The notes under the pieces are model-generated. The model had not been told where the DNA came from, did not search any database, and saw only the letters and a program-made list of their open reading frames with translations. A program made the position numbers and the translations under genes. Below, in pieces: positions 40,063 to 55,285 of a stretch of 64,000 nucleotides of DNA. Source of the stretch: the human T2T-CHM13v2.0 reference genome, Homo sapiens. The stretch is taken from assembly GCF_009914755.1 (NCBI RefSeq), contig NC_060926.1, one strand, 5' to 3'. Position 1 is the stretch's first letter, and every line of letters starts with the position of its first letter.

Positions 40063-41821
40063 TGTTTCATTGAGAAAAGTGATATTTTAATTATGGTGTA
40101 AAAGATACTGATCTTTTCCTTTCTGTGTCTAATAGGATATTTCTACAAACAAGATGCTGGATGGAAAATGATCTGATTCTATTTCAATAAAATAACCACC
40201 CTTTGAGGCAATTTCACCACCCCTGAGCCTCTGTGAGCAGGACATGAGGGGCCAGGGGTTACCAAGAAGAGAGTTGACAATAACGACTGGACTGGGGGAA
40301 AGAGGGGGCCATGGTGTCAGTGCCTTCCTCCTTCTGTCCCTCATGGGGCTGTCTTGTGCAGGACTGCCTTCCTGCCCCATGGCGGTGCACTCAGCTATGT
40401 CCCTGCAGGCTGGTAGGCCAGGATTCCCTCTGCCCATTAGCTGCAGACAGCCTGGCCCGGGGCTGAAAAGGGGGAGCTGAACCCTGATGGCAAAGAGGGA
40501 GTTAGAGTCCAGAGCTCCCTTCCCCACATGAGCCTGGGGAGCTTAGCTCTGATAAGTACATCATTGCCTTGGCACCATCTGCCCTGGAGGACCAGGAGAT
40601 GTTTGGAATGCCAGTTGTTGTGTCTGTTAGTTTGTATTTTAAAAGCACATGCCACAAACTGCCTATTCAGAGACCGGATTTGCTATGACTGTGAGATGCT
40701 GTGCCTTGATATGCTGACATTCTCCCATGTCATCTCTCTGCCTCTGGGAGCAAATGTCCTCCAGCCCTACAGACACATGCAGGGCCTCGGAAGACGTATC
40801 TCTTTACTGCCACTCCGGCCACGCACATGTCTGATAAGAAGCAGTATTATAGTGAATAGCCAGAGTCAATATTAAGTATTGGATAAGAATGAAAGTAGTT
40901 TGGGAATAATTATAACCACCTCCCCTACCCCAAAAAATATGCTGTTCAAAAGTCAGTCTGGAGACACAGATAACAACCCTATTTTTATACCAACCCGACT
41001 GAATTCTTAATACATGGCAAAAAAGAAGATCATGGCTTAACATAAAGCAGGAGGTGTAATAAATAATGAACTGCACTAACAGCTTAGCATCATAAGGAGA
41101 CAGATGGAAAACTTCTCTCCCGAGATCACTGCTTCCAGAATTAGAGAAAGGGCTTCTGGACGTGTTCAGGGTGGATAGTTCAAGCCTGAATTTCAATGAG
41201 ATGGGAACACTTTTTAGTATAAACGCAAGATTTTCATGTCTCCCTTTTAGGAAAAATAGGGATTATGGCGTTCATCTGTTTCATCCAGAACTAGAAGCAA
41301 AACCCTAAACCTCAGACTCTTCCAGCATGTCTGATCCAATCAAACAAGGGAAGATGCTGCGGGTGCTTTGTATGCTAAGGAAGTGCTACGATGCCATCGT
41401 CTGTCCAGGAAAAGAAAGGAACACCCATCCATGTGGTTAAGCCATCAGAAAACTGGAGCATTGGGAATAAAGGAATTATTTCCACGAGACAAGCACGCCA
41501 GCCATTGGCTCATAATGAGCTGAAAGACCAATGACTGCTTCTCAGAGACTCCCTAGGGCCCAGTGTCCTGGGGGCAGACCTGTGGCTGAGTCAGCATGGT
41601 GCACAGCAGAAAGTGGGGGGAGAGTGGCCAGCGCTGCCCCGGCGGGCTCTGTCTGCATCACCTGGAGCGGCACAGACCCTTCAGTCTCCATTCTCTCTTC
41701 AGGAAAGAGGCCTACTCGCAGATGAACGCACCAAGGCTCAGGTAATCTCAGGAAGCTCATTTACTCACACAGTCCTGGCCCATCGGGCTCTCTGGAGGCC
41801 CTTCTTCCTTGGCTGTCACCT

Positions 41822-43050
41822 ATTTTTAAACTGATATGTAATAGTTGTACATATTTATGGACTATATGTAATATTTTGATACATGCATGCAATGCGTATT
41901 AAGTCAGGGTAATTGGGATATCCAAGACCTCAAACATGTATCACTTCTTTGTGTCGGGAACATTCCAAATCTTCTCTTCTAGCTATTTTGAAATATACAA
42001 TATGTCATTGTTAACTGTAGTCACCCTACTGTGCTATCGAACCCTAGAACATATTCCTTCTATCTAACTGTATGTTTGTATTCATTAACCAACCTCTCTT
42101 CATCCCCTTCTACCCTCTACCCTTCCAGCCCCTAATAACTATCATTCTACTCTCTACCTCCATGAGGTCAACTTTTTCTAGCTTGCACATATGAGTGACA
42201 ACATGCTATATTTGTCTTTCTGTGCCTGGCTTATTTCAATTACCATAATTACCTTCAGTTCCATCTATGCCGCTGCAAATGACAGGATTTCATTCTTTTT
42301 TTTGTGGCTGAATAGTACTCCATTGTATATACATACTGCATTTCCTTTATTCATTCAACTATTGATGAACACAGGTTGATTCCATATCTTGGCTATTGTG
42401 AGCAGTGTTACAAAGAACGTGGAAGTGCAGGTATCTCTTCAACATACTGATTGCCTTTTCTTTGGATATCTACCCAGCAGAGGGATTACTGAATCATATG
42501 GTAGTTCTATTTTTAGGTTTCTGAGGAACCTTTATACTGTTATCCACAGTGGGTGCTCAAATGTTCATTCCATCCATCAACAGTGCGCAAACATTGCCCG
42601 TTCTTCACATCTTCACCAGCATCAGTTATTTTTTTGTCTTTTGATAGCAGCCATTTTAATGGAGGTGAGATGATATCTCATTGTGGTTTTGATTTGCATT
42701 TCCCTAATGATTAGTGATGTTGAGCATTTTTTCATATGCCTGTTGGCCACTTGTATATCTTCTTTTGAGGAATGTCTTTTCAGGTCATTTGCTCATTTTA
42801 AAATCTGATTATTTTTATTATTTTTTTGCTATTGAGTTGTTTCAGTTCCTTACATATTCTGGTGATTAACCCCTTGTAGGATGGGTAGTTTGCAAATATT
42901 TTCTCCCATTCCGTGAGTTGTTGCTTCACTCTCTTGACTGCTTCCTTTGCTGTGCAGAAGATTTTTAGCTTGATGTTACCCCCTTTGTCTATCGTTGCTT
43001 TTGTTGCCTATGCTTTTGCAATCTTACTCAAAAAATCTTTGCTCAGACCA
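41822..43050 (-). mobile_element. L1MA (MA4/5-like) 3' ~1.2 kb
   Basis: tagttgtacatatttatgg, ctattttgaaatatacaat, tgatatctcattgtggttttgatttgcatttcc, tttgctgtgcagaag. Confidence 0.9.
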
Positions 43051-43513
43051 AGTCTTCAAGAGCAAAATTTGCATAATATCTGATTAGGGTCTGGGGACCA
43101 TTCAGAGCAAGTCCCCTGGGGCACCTGAGCCAATACGTGATCTAAACCTTCACCACAATCATGAGCCATCACATCAAATAGACCATTTCTTCCAAAACCC
43201 AACTGACTTTTTACAGGAATTGTGCATTTAAAAATGTTGAAGTCATGCTTCCTTCTCTTGGGGACACTGCAAATAATGGGGTGCTCTAGTTTCACTAAAG
43301 TGCCTCAGATGAACTTTCCAACCCACAACACTTAAACACAAATGAGTAGTAGCATGGACAGTCAAGTGCAAGCTCAAGTTCAAAATGCCAAAACACAGGA
43401 TATCAGGCATAAGATTAATTTACCTCTTACTTGCAAGAAAAGGTAGGAAATGATAAAATCAAAGGTACATGTTTTCAAAACCAAAAGAAACAACAATACA
43501 TACAAAATGTTAA

Positions 43514-44000
<487 letters not shown>

Positions 44001-44254
44001 TGTTACTTAGAAAAATTTCAAACTCATAGAAAAACTACAGTAATTACTCCTATATATCCTTTATGTGGATTCACAAAATGTTCACATTTTGCCACATAGG
44101 CTCTCTCTCTCTCTCTCTGTGAACATATATAGTTTTATGTTATTTTATTTATTTTTTGCTGAGCCTTTTCAAAGTTGTAGGTATGATGATTCCCTACATA
44201 CTTCAGGATGCATCTTCCATAAGTGAGGACATTCTGTTACAGAACACATTCACT

Positions 44255-45112
<858 letters not shown>

Positions 45113-45467
45113 TAGCATTATACAATGACCAAATTCAGGAATTCATGTTGATATTGTCCTTCTCAATGTATTAGTGCCTGATGTCAGCTTGTCCCATTGT
45201 TGGTGATATTAATTCTGATTATTTGGTGAAGGTTTCTTATCTGTTAAATTTACCAATTTTCCTTTTGTATTTATTGCCATAGCCTTCATCAAAGTTTCAC
45301 CCCACCATTTTAGCAAAATTGCTGATTATTTGCCTGATTCAATTATTACCATGATGATTGCAAAATGCTGATAAAAAAAAAACTCCATCATTCTTTTTTA
45401 ACTCCATTATTCAACATGTATTAGTTGGTGATTGACTGTAAGAAAGAGCTTTCCCTCTGCTGTATAT

Positions 45468-46005
45468 CTGAGGGTATTTCCCTGTTCAGTAGGTCATCAG
45501 GCTGGGCTGCAAGATAGAATATAATGTGCATATGGCCGATGTTAAAAAGTAGATAAGTGTCCCCCGGGGAAGACACCAGACAGGATTTGAGGTCTTTGAG
45601 AACAGACAACATGCACACCTGGCTCGAGTGGCCCAGCGATGACTTGCAGCCAGGGGAGAGGCAGCGTGCACACAAGATCTAGCCCCTTGCATTGCGCTGG
45701 ACCCCATGGCTGGTGGGTCCACACTCCACAGTGTGATCACACACAACCCACTTCATGGACCCCAACTCTTCCCCACGTAGGATCTGAAATGCAAAAAGCT
45801 GGGGATGTGTCTGACAGCCATCAGATCACACACTGAAGCAGAACACAGGAGTGCACATGGAATTTGTAACAGGGAACGATATCCCCTCCCAGGTGATAAG
45901 CCCAGCACAGGCTATGCAGGCTCTTTATCTTCCCATAAGAAAATGTTCCAGGCCCAAGGCCCATCTTCCACAGCTGAGAGTGATGCACAGACCACACGTG
46001 ACTGC
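45468..46005 (-). mobile_element. ERVL LTR of the MER73/MER74/MER54 group
   Basis: Minus strand reads gggaaagcagtcacg...gggccttgggcctggaacatt...gataaagagcctgcatagcctgtgctgggcttatcac, ending ...ccctca. Confidence 0.55.
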
Positions 46006-47264
46006 TTTCCCAGTGGTGGCTATGTATTTATGCAGGCATGGACTTGAGGAATCTTATTATTTTAATGGCTTAAAATATATTACTGGCAGGACTTGTTTAG
46101 ATGCTCTAAATTGTCCCATGTTTGGTCAGTGGGAGCCCTTTCAAGCTGGCTTCTGTCTCCTGAGTCCTTTGAACATGTCCCCAGCATTCTTTGAGTACTT
46201 CCTTACTTTCTGGCATTACAAGATGATCCAGGTCAATCTTGTTCTTTCCTGTCCCAGTCCTGGAATCAGCCATTTCTCTAAGCAGCCCAGATTTCTTGTG
46301 TATGGAAATGGCATTTAGAGACCAAGATCAGTGTGCACGGGAGAGTTTCAAACAAAGACATGGGTGATAGAATTGGGAGAGGACACTGCCGTGGGTGGGA
46401 CATTGGATGCCAGCTGTACTGTAGATTCTTGAGAGGCTGAGAGTTAACTGTCAGCAAAGTTTTCTTGAATGCCCCCAAGTGTTTAGAACCACATTAAACC
46501 CTTAATGCGTCCCCTTTTCATGCCTGGTTGATTGATTCATTTATTCGTTGACTGTACTTATTGCTTGATAATAGAGCCAAAGTTAGTTTATTAGATGTAA
46601 TTTCATGGACTATTGCAATAGGTGCAATAAAGTGCATGAGCAGCTTGGAGGTCATCCAGGCCACACCTCCATTTGGCTAATGAGGCCTCTTGGACCTCAG
46701 CAGGGGGAAATGCCATCTCCAGGTCACACACTTGGCCGACAGCAGAGCCAGGTCTGGACACCAGCCCACCCGGCTCACTCTGGCACCTCTCATCAGTACA
46801 GCCTATAACGAGATGCCAGAAAGAATCCTCTCCTTTTAAGAGCAGAAAAGGTCCCATAAGCCTCACCATGACTTGTCTACTGTGGCTTAGCATGGGAGCC
46901 ATGCATTCTGACCAAGCCCACTGCAGCCAGCATTCCTAGCCTGAGGCTCATGGGCTGTCACTAAAATCCAAACTGGAGGCTGCCAGTAGGCAGGCCTTCA
47001 GTTAACAGAGTCACCCTCAACCATGGGCTCTCTGGAGTTCTGAGGCCAGCCAATCCACCAGGCTTTCTCCACCACTGACCATCTGCAGGCCCCTAAATTC
47101 TAGAGGCTGTGGTGATTCTGGGAGTCTCAAGGTCCCCATTTCCACCCTGAAGTTCTCTGTGTCTATTTCACTGTGAGAGTAAGCAATGGTACTCCTCATT
47201 CATTCAAAATAAATAAAATGTTCTAAAAAGCTAGTGTCGCAAGCGTAGCTGTGGTTCACTGAGG

Positions 47265-47450
47265 CCTTAATCCATGCCTAATCTCTTGCATACTTCCTCT
47301 CTGGTCATTGCAACCACCATGCAAGGAAGCTATAATTATCTCCTCATTTTTCAGATGAAAAACCTGGGCCAAAAGAGACAAACAACCTTGTGTAAAGTCA
47401 GGGTAAGGGTGTGGAAGTGTGAGTTGGCAGCTGAACCCTGATCCATGGAC
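47265..47450 (-). mobile_element. MIR
   Basis: attatctcctcatttttcagatgaaaacctgggcc. Confidence 0.6.
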
Positions 47451-49049
47451 TCTGAGCAGGTACCTCCCCTCTGCAAGGATGAAAGGACATTTAAGGCCAA
47501 CAGGCTGAGTGGAGGTGGCTGGACACTGATTATTCTGCTCCCCACCACTGGGGTTGGCCTGCGTTCCCAGGATTGCGGTGGCCCCTTGGCTCTTCCCCTA
47601 CCCCATCCCATCCCTGGGCTTCTCTCTCTCACTCTCTGCCAGCCCCAGGCGGGCTCCTCGTGGCCCCAGGCTCTCTTCTGCCAGCAGCAACTCCTGCACT
47701 GGCTTCCTGCCTCCCTAAAAGGACTTAGTTCCAGCTCTGTTTTTAAATCCCAGAAAATGTTCTGGCAGGGCCAGCCCATAAACGTCCTTCTTTTGGCTGG
47801 AGCCACACTAGAGGTTTCCCCTTGCAGTCCTTGGCACGTTGCCTGGGGGCTGCTGTGCAAGGGTGGGCCTTGGCGGTAGAGGTTTTCCTGGCCCCCTTCC
47901 TAGGAAGCACTTATGGGACAGTACCTACAGATGGAGACGAACAGTTGGTCAGGGCTCAGACAAGTTTAACTTCCACTGTGGGATCAATATTCAAATAAAA
48001 ACGTTTTAGTGACTCTGATAGGACTGATACTGGGGTTCCCAGTAGCCATGAAGAGGTTACAGAGTCAGACCTGGACTCCAATGCCAGTCCTACCCGCCAC
48101 TGGCCATGGGACCTTGGGCACATTATCTAACCTGGCGAGGGGTGAAGTGCGTGTGACCCCCGTCTCAGGGGTTGATCTAGCCTAAAGCTAATGAAGCTTA
48201 AGGTTTTTGTATTTGTAATTTTGTATCCTTTGCTTGAGGGAGCACCTCAAATGGTATGAGCTGCAAAGACTTGGAGCTATTTCCACCCATTATCGAAGGC
48301 TATTTACCTGTTTTAAGGGACAACTGTTTTTTCTCTCTAAGGAAGAAGTGAAATGGTGACTTTGATAGCTTTGTGACCACAGAACCCAAGGAATAGACCC
48401 AGAAGTCTCTGGAAGGGAAACATCACTGTCACATAGCCCTCCAGGCCTTGGTCCAAACTCCTCCCCTTCCCCCACCAGTCTGGGTCTCCTGAGCCATGCA
48501 CGTGAAAGTGCTTGGAAATGGCCAAGTGCTGTTCAGATGTCGGAGTAAGTAAGTGCTGTTTTCAGGTCACGTTCCTCTAGCGCAGCAGATCCCACCTGGC
48601 TACACGCTGGAATAAACAAGAGACTTCCAGAAACACAAATGCTTGGGCTGTACCCCAGAGAGATTCCATCAGAGTCACCGGGAGCAGGACTCATGTCTTG
48701 GCACCTTGTTTAGGTTGCTCAGAGGATGCTACTGTGTGGCCGAGGTTGAGAGCCTCTGCTCTCGAAAGCCATCCTGGGCCTTCCAGATCATGTGCTTCTG
48801 CAGTAATAATTCTGGAGTATTTATCTTTGCTGCTCATTTGGTGCTTAGCCTTGTCTCCTTGTCCTGTCATTTGCTGTTTCTCCTTCACTGACTAGGCAGT
48901 GAGGACCCTCACAGCCTCTTCCCTGCCATTGCCCCAGCTCTGGGCATTTATTTAATTCTGCCTAAAACTGCGAGCAGGAGGATGTATCTGACTGTTTACT
49001 GTGCACTCAGGCATTTCCAGTCCCGCTGGATAGGTGCTTCAGCCCGTCT

Positions 49050-49200
49050 TATGTGCTAGGAGACTCCGTCTCATCTAAGCCCTACAAGAAACCTGCAAAG
49101 GAAGGAGTTTAGTGGCCCTATTTTACAGATGAGGAAGGTGAGGCTCAGAAAGGTCAAGTAGCTTGCCCAGGCCACAGGGCTACCCAGTGCTGGAGCTCTG
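49050..49200 (-). mobile_element. MIR
   Basis: ttttacagatgaggaaggtgaggctcagaaaggtcaagtagcttgccc. Confidence 0.8.
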
Positions 49201-49874
49201 TGTGCAAAGCCTCATGCCTCTCTCTGCAGCATGCTGCCCTAGCTATGGTCTTGTCGAAGCAAGGACTGACCAGAGAGAAAGTGTGTTTGGGTGCAAAGCT
49301 GGAAGCCAGCTCAAATGGTAATTAAGAAAACTGTAAAGCTGAGATTTGAGTTTTTTTGCTGCAGAATTTCATGATATGATTCATGCTCATTTTGTGTGGC
49401 CAGGGTTAGCTCTGAATGATTAGGTCAGCTATAAAATGTGGGTGCTTTCCTGAGTTCCTGCCGAAATAAATTAATAATAAAATGACCTATAAATATTTAA
49501 TAGCCGATTAGAGGTTTTCCTCTTTTTTTGGATGAGTATCAACATCCTTGGATAATTGCACTTGAAAGTTGCAAATAATCTCTGACCCTTGTATTTTTCG
49601 ATATAACCTATGTAAATTACCTCTCCAGAAAAATCTGTTTGGAGTAACAGACCTTGCAGGAAACGTGAATAGCAAAACCATTCAAACCTGGAGGTCACTT
49701 CACTCTGAGAGGTGAGGACAGCGTGCTGGACCAAGAAGAGGTGGCAGTGGGTGCTGATATTCCCTCAAATGACAGTTGCTTCTGTGAAAGATACAGCTCC
49801 CCAGTGCCCCCAGCCCTCTTCCTTTACGCCCAGAAGACCGTCAGCCAAATTCCACAGTGACCTCAGATGACTCA

Positions 49875-50085
<211 letters not shown>

Positions 50086-52229
50086 TAACCAAGAAGAACC
50101 GACCTGCCTTGTAGCTATGCTGGAGTCAAGACCACAAGGATTTCCTTCTAAGGCAGCTGCTCTCCCTTAGTGGTTGGGTGAATGGTCCTGGAGCTTGCTA
50201 AAAATGCAGGTCAGTGGGGCTGGCCAAGGCAGCGCTCAGGAATCTGTCATATTAGTTAGCAGTCCAGACCCCCTTGAGGTTGTGAATACAGACTTAGCAT
50301 CACAGCCTCAGGACACCTCAGTGGTCATCCAGTCCAACCTCTTCCTTTTTGTCTGATCCGCAATCCCATCTCCACTGTTGGAGTTCCTCTGGGCTCTCAG
50401 GATCAACACTGGAGAAGGAGGTGGGATTGGGAGGGTGAGAAGTTGGGCTGTGATGCCCAGCGAAGGCCTCAGCCAACCTCGCAGGAAGCTCTGGAGCCGG
50501 GATGGTCCCTCAGATGTGTCCACGCCAGCTCTGCCCCAAGAGCTGCTCACAAGTGTTAGACACATTCACTTTGAGAGCTGGGTCTTGGTCCCATTGGTGA
50601 AAGGTAAACCAGGTGTAGTGAACTAAGGTCTTCTTTAGGAATTGGTGTTAGAAAAGCCCATTCCCCGTGGCCAGGGCATCAGCAGCCCTGCTGGGATGCA
50701 GAGTCCTTACTGCGGTCGTCTATCAGCCTTAGCACAAGGTCTTGACCAGTATCTCTCTAACATCCTTATATTCCAGGCTTTCCTAAGCAGAATAGTGTCC
50801 TTAAGGGATCCTCCAGTCATTATATCAGCAAGCACAAATATCCTTGTTGAGTTCAACAGTTCATCAGTTGATGAAGAAATTGAGGTCAGGGAAAAGAAGT
50901 TGCATGGTCAAGGTCACTTCACACGCTTGTTCTTTTTCAGGCCTTGGAAGTATGACTCTTTTAAGGTGTATGTTTCAAAGCATCCCCAGATGTCTCAATA
51001 CAAATATGATGACACACCTCCCTTTGTTTCCCAGAAAGGCTTTTCTCTAACTGGAGTGTTTTAATAGAAGCAGGCAAGAAACCCCAATATCATAGAAAAA
51101 CTAATTAGCAAGAGTGGAGGTGATCCTTCAATCCCATCTGTTGTCCCCAGTGCCAGAGTCCTAAACAGGGTGGGGCACCCCAGGTTTTGTGTCAGGGCTA
51201 CAAGATACAGAAGGTGCAAAGATTCCAAATCTCATTGCTAATGCAACTGATTGAACAATGTGCAGTTCCTGCCTCAGCAGCACCCCCAACTCAATGCACA
51301 CCTCATCAGACTCAAGGCAGGCCTGCTCCTGGTCCCCCAGCTAGCCAGAGGAGAAGGACAGAGGGGTGACCAAGGCCTCCTGTGATCTGGGGGTGCCGTT
51401 CATGTTTGCTCATGAGGGTTGAAGGTTTCTTTTCTATCAAAGTGCCCTGCCTTGGAGACCCCATGCTTGTCCTGCTTTACCTTCCAAGGTCTTTGATTCT
51501 CAGAGAGGAGATCTGAGGCTGGCATGCTCTTCCTTCCTCTCTTTTCCCATTCATCTCCACTGCACCCCACCTACTGCATCAAAAACAACCACTTGCTCAG
51601 CCACCACAACCCTGTGTAGCAGAAAGATGTACAATTCTGACTCTTTCAGCTTCAACGTCAACTGAGCCCTTTGGTACGCAATGACCTACATACTGTTTAA
51701 TATGGAAATAGAAGAATGTTTATCTTAAAAAAAATCTCTGACCCACTTTCAGGCCACCAACACAGGTACTCTTGGGTAAGGCAGATTCCTGTTGACTCCG
51801 AGCAGCACAAATGCTAATATCACTAGCATGTCTCCTAGGATTTAGAATAATTCAATCAAACCCCTCCTCCCTCCAGCAAAGGCCAGTTCTGAAACTCTCC
51901 TTAATTCATTTGTCAGAACCCAATCGCTGCATCAAGGGCCTGAATTAAAACAGCAAATTCTCAAACACAGGCTCATGGCATAGCAATTTACACATCCTCT
52001 ATAGGGTGCAGTCTTTCGGGGCAAGAGATCAACTTAAGCATTCTAATGATGAATTTATAAAAGGAGTGCTTGTCACTCTTCTTCTCCTCAGTTTTCAGTC
52101 GATCTAAGAAACTCCTTGAAAATTATTTTTTAAACAATTGTTGTCTCATATTAAAGGGTATCAGCTGTGATTTAAAACCTCTATCTGGGGAAAAGTAGAC
52201 AAATTCCTTCCACATCAGGGTAGTTGAAA

Positions 52230-52420
52230 GAATCCATGATTTGGAATTTAGAGACCTGGGCTTAGGTCCTAGCTCTACTGTTTAATAGCAGGGTGGCCTT
52301 GGGTGATCATTATCTTTATGTTCTACTTTCTTTCCCTGAAAATGGGAATCACATTCATGTTTACTTCTATGAGCTACTTATAAAGACCAAATGAGATCAT
52401 GCACAGGCATTATCAACTGA
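52230..52420 (+). mobile_element. MIR
   Basis: tttggaatttagagacctgggcttaggtcctagctctac...ggccttggg...ctgaaaatggg...aaatgagatcatgca. Confidence 0.7.
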
Positions 52421-52949
52421 AAAGCTTTATCCAAGGATAAGGGATCTTCCTTTATTTTTGATTGACTATTAGAGGGGCCAAAGCCAACACTGAGAATCAA
52501 AAACTCTTCCTTTTCATCACTCTTTGCTTCCTAGATTATCTTTAGGTCCTCAGAGGTACCCAACCTTTCTCCATTTTCATCCATGTATAGCATGAAATGG
52601 GTATAACTTTATTCATTACCAAAGTGTAAATGTCTCTCGTGGGGACATTTTCTTAGTTACAGGAAACAAAACTTTGATCTGATTTGCTAAAGTTCTTTGA
52701 ATGAGGGATTAGGGGACTCATTTGAGGCTGGGGAGGCATTTTGGTTTCCCCAAATTCAATTGCTAGGGAGCTGTTTGCTTGTGGATCCTTAAGGACAACC
52801 CTGTGGCAAAGGGATGTGGTCTGAAAGGAGCGGTTTCCCACAAGAACCCAGGGTAACTTGCATGGATCTGTGAACCTGCTGGGAGTAATCACATCACTAT
52901 CTTTAATGGGGCCACTTGTAGTTGTAATCTTGACCAGAGGCTCCTCCCC

Positions 52950-53564
52950 TTAAAGCAGATGGCCCTCCCCACTGTGGGGGGGCCTCATCCAATCTGCTGA
53001 AGGCCTAAATAGAACAAAAGGCTGAGTAAGAGGGAATTCTCTCTCTCTCTCTTTTTTTTTTTTTTAAGACAGAGTCTTGCACTGTTGCACAGGCTGGAGT
53101 GCAGTGGCGCAACCTTGGCTCACTGCAACTTTTACCTCCTGGGTTCAAGCGATTTTCATGCCTCAGCCTCCCGAGTAGCTGAGATTACAGGCATACACCA
53201 CCATGCCTGGCTAATGTTTGTATTTTCAGTAGAGACAGGGCTTCACCATGTTGGCCAATCTGGTCTCAAACTCCTGGCCTCAAGTGACCCACTTGCCTCA
53301 GCCTCCCAAAGTGCCTTGAATTACAGGTGCAAGGCACCACGCCCAGCAGAGAATTCTCTCTTCTGCCTCACTGTCTTTGAGCTGGGACATCTGGACTAAG
53401 ACTCAAACTGGATCTATCCCATTAGCTTTCCTGGGTCTGGGCTTCTTGGCCTCCAGAACCACCTGAGTTAATTCCTTATAATAAATATCTTTTTACGTAT
53501 ACATACAGATGTATATATACACATCCTATTGACTCTGTTTCTCTGGAGAACACCAACTAATACA
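52950..53564 (+). mobile_element. MLT2 (C/D-like) ERVL LTR, 5'-truncated, with an Alu insertion
   Basis: gggcctcatccaatctgctgaaggcctaaatagaacaaaaggctgagtaag; catcctattgactctgtttctctggagaacaccaactaataca. Confidence 0.85.
53052..53347 (-). mobile_element. Alu (S/Jb-like) in MLT2
   Basis: Antisense dimer; TSD gaattctctct. Confidence 0.93.
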
Positions 53565-53574
53565 ACACTACTTG

Positions 53575-53935
53575 ATCATGTTTCATAATCCTTTTTACAT
53601 GTTGCTGGATTCAGTTTGCTAGTATTTTGCAGAGAATTTTTGCATCTGTATTCATAAGAGATATTGGTCTGTAGCTTTTTTTCTTGTGATGTCTTTGTCT
53701 GGCCTTAGTATTAGGGTTATACTGGCCTCATAGTATGAGTTGGGAAGTGTTCCCTCCTTTCCTGTCTTTTGGAAAAGTGTTTAAAGAATTGGCATTCATT
53801 TTTCTTCAAATGTTCGGTAGAATTCACCAGTAAGAGTTTGGACTTGGATATTTCTCAGTGGGTAGCTTTTTGATTAATAACTCAATCTCTCTTCTTGTTA
53901 TTAGTCTATTTAGATTTTTTCTATTTCTTCTTGAC
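53575..53935 (-). mobile_element. L1M ORF2 fragment
   Basis: gttgctggattcagtttgctagtattttgc...atactggcctcatagtatgagttgggaagtgttccctcc. Confidence 0.85.
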
Positions 53936-54859
53936 TGGGAAGCTCTTAAGAGAATCAAGTCACCTTTAAGAGTGAACACTGTTGGAGGTAAAAGTCAAAA
54001 ACTCTATTGAGTTGATACCTGCGGCTCAGTCTTTTCTTCTTCTAAGCAACTAGATTGTGGTTGGGTCATCTAGAAACTTTTCTTGAGTGAGCTGAACTCC
54101 CTGAACCATTTGATCCAAAATATGAGCTTGTGAATTAGCAAAAGTGTGATGAAATTAAATTCCCATCATTTTGCAGCCCAACACAAAGTGCAACAGGTGT
54201 TAATTCAGATGCTGGTGGCACTTCTCTGAAGATGGAGATGGCTAGGTGATATTATGTGGCTTCTTGGAGATAGTCATCTTTCAGGAAAAGCATTAAACAA
54301 TGTCCTTGTTTTCTGTCACTTTTGGATAGCTCAGAGGCCTCTAGAAAGTTGTCATCAACAATAAGCACCTTCCCCACCCCATTGCATCAGAGCCTTCCAG
54401 AGTTGTCACCATGGTCCCAGTTCCTTGTGAGTTATTTTCCACTCCAGCCTGGCTGCAAAGAAAGTTTCCACTTGCTTGACTTCCCAATCTCTTCCTATCT
54501 CTGTGAGGCATTTCATTGTTATTGCTAATCACCGCAAATGCACTGAGGGTGTCAAACTAATAAATATGGGGAAGTTGCAAGGATCAAGAAATCCAACCAA
54601 GTTCTCCCATTTTTGGACTATGGTTATTGACTTCTTTCCTGCCTGGAACGCAGAAACTCTTTGTTGTTGTTGTTGTTGTTGTTTTCTTGTTCTCCAAGTT
54701 AGTTCTCAAGGGAGGCCTTGTCAAACTTCCTCAATTATTTAGACTTTCCTTGTCTCAAAGTCCTATAGGTCTCTTCCCTGAGGGGGTCTGCAAAGGTAGA
54801 ATGAGAACTGACAGTGAAGGGCCATGATGGCATCCCCCACTGACCACGCCCCCATAGCC

Positions 54860-55285
54860 TCTCACCTGGGTGACTGCAGGGATCACCTTGCAGCTCTCTC
54901 TGCTTGTTCCCTCACCTCCAACTTTATCCTCATCACACAGACCAGAGGAGAGCTCCACCTCTCCACCTGCTCCGGTTTCAGTGGTCTCCTTAAAAACACC
55001 AGGGACGCTCCTCCCTTCGCATTTGCTGTTCCTTCTGCCTGGAATACTCTTCCCTAGATATTCACAGGCTCACCCCTTTACTTTCTTCAGATATTTATAT
55101 GTCACTTTCAAAGTGAGGCTGTCCATGACTACTCCATTTACAGCGTAATCCCCAACCCCAACCCCTAAAGCACTCTATCCTCTTACTTGCCTTGTATCTT
55201 ACTTCTCAATTCTGTTATTGCCTCCTTCCCCATTAGACTGTAAGCTACATGAGGGCAGGAGCTTTGCTATTTGTTCACTGAAGGG
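54860..55285 (+). mobile_element. L2 3' fragment
   Basis: tttgctgttccttctgcctggaatactcttccc; ttagactgtaagctacatgagggcagga. Confidence 0.8.

Noticed and set aside
47351-47879. Longest overlapping ORFs (169 aa and 144 aa)
   Set aside because: GC-rich chance frames partly overlapping a MIR, with no recognisable domain.
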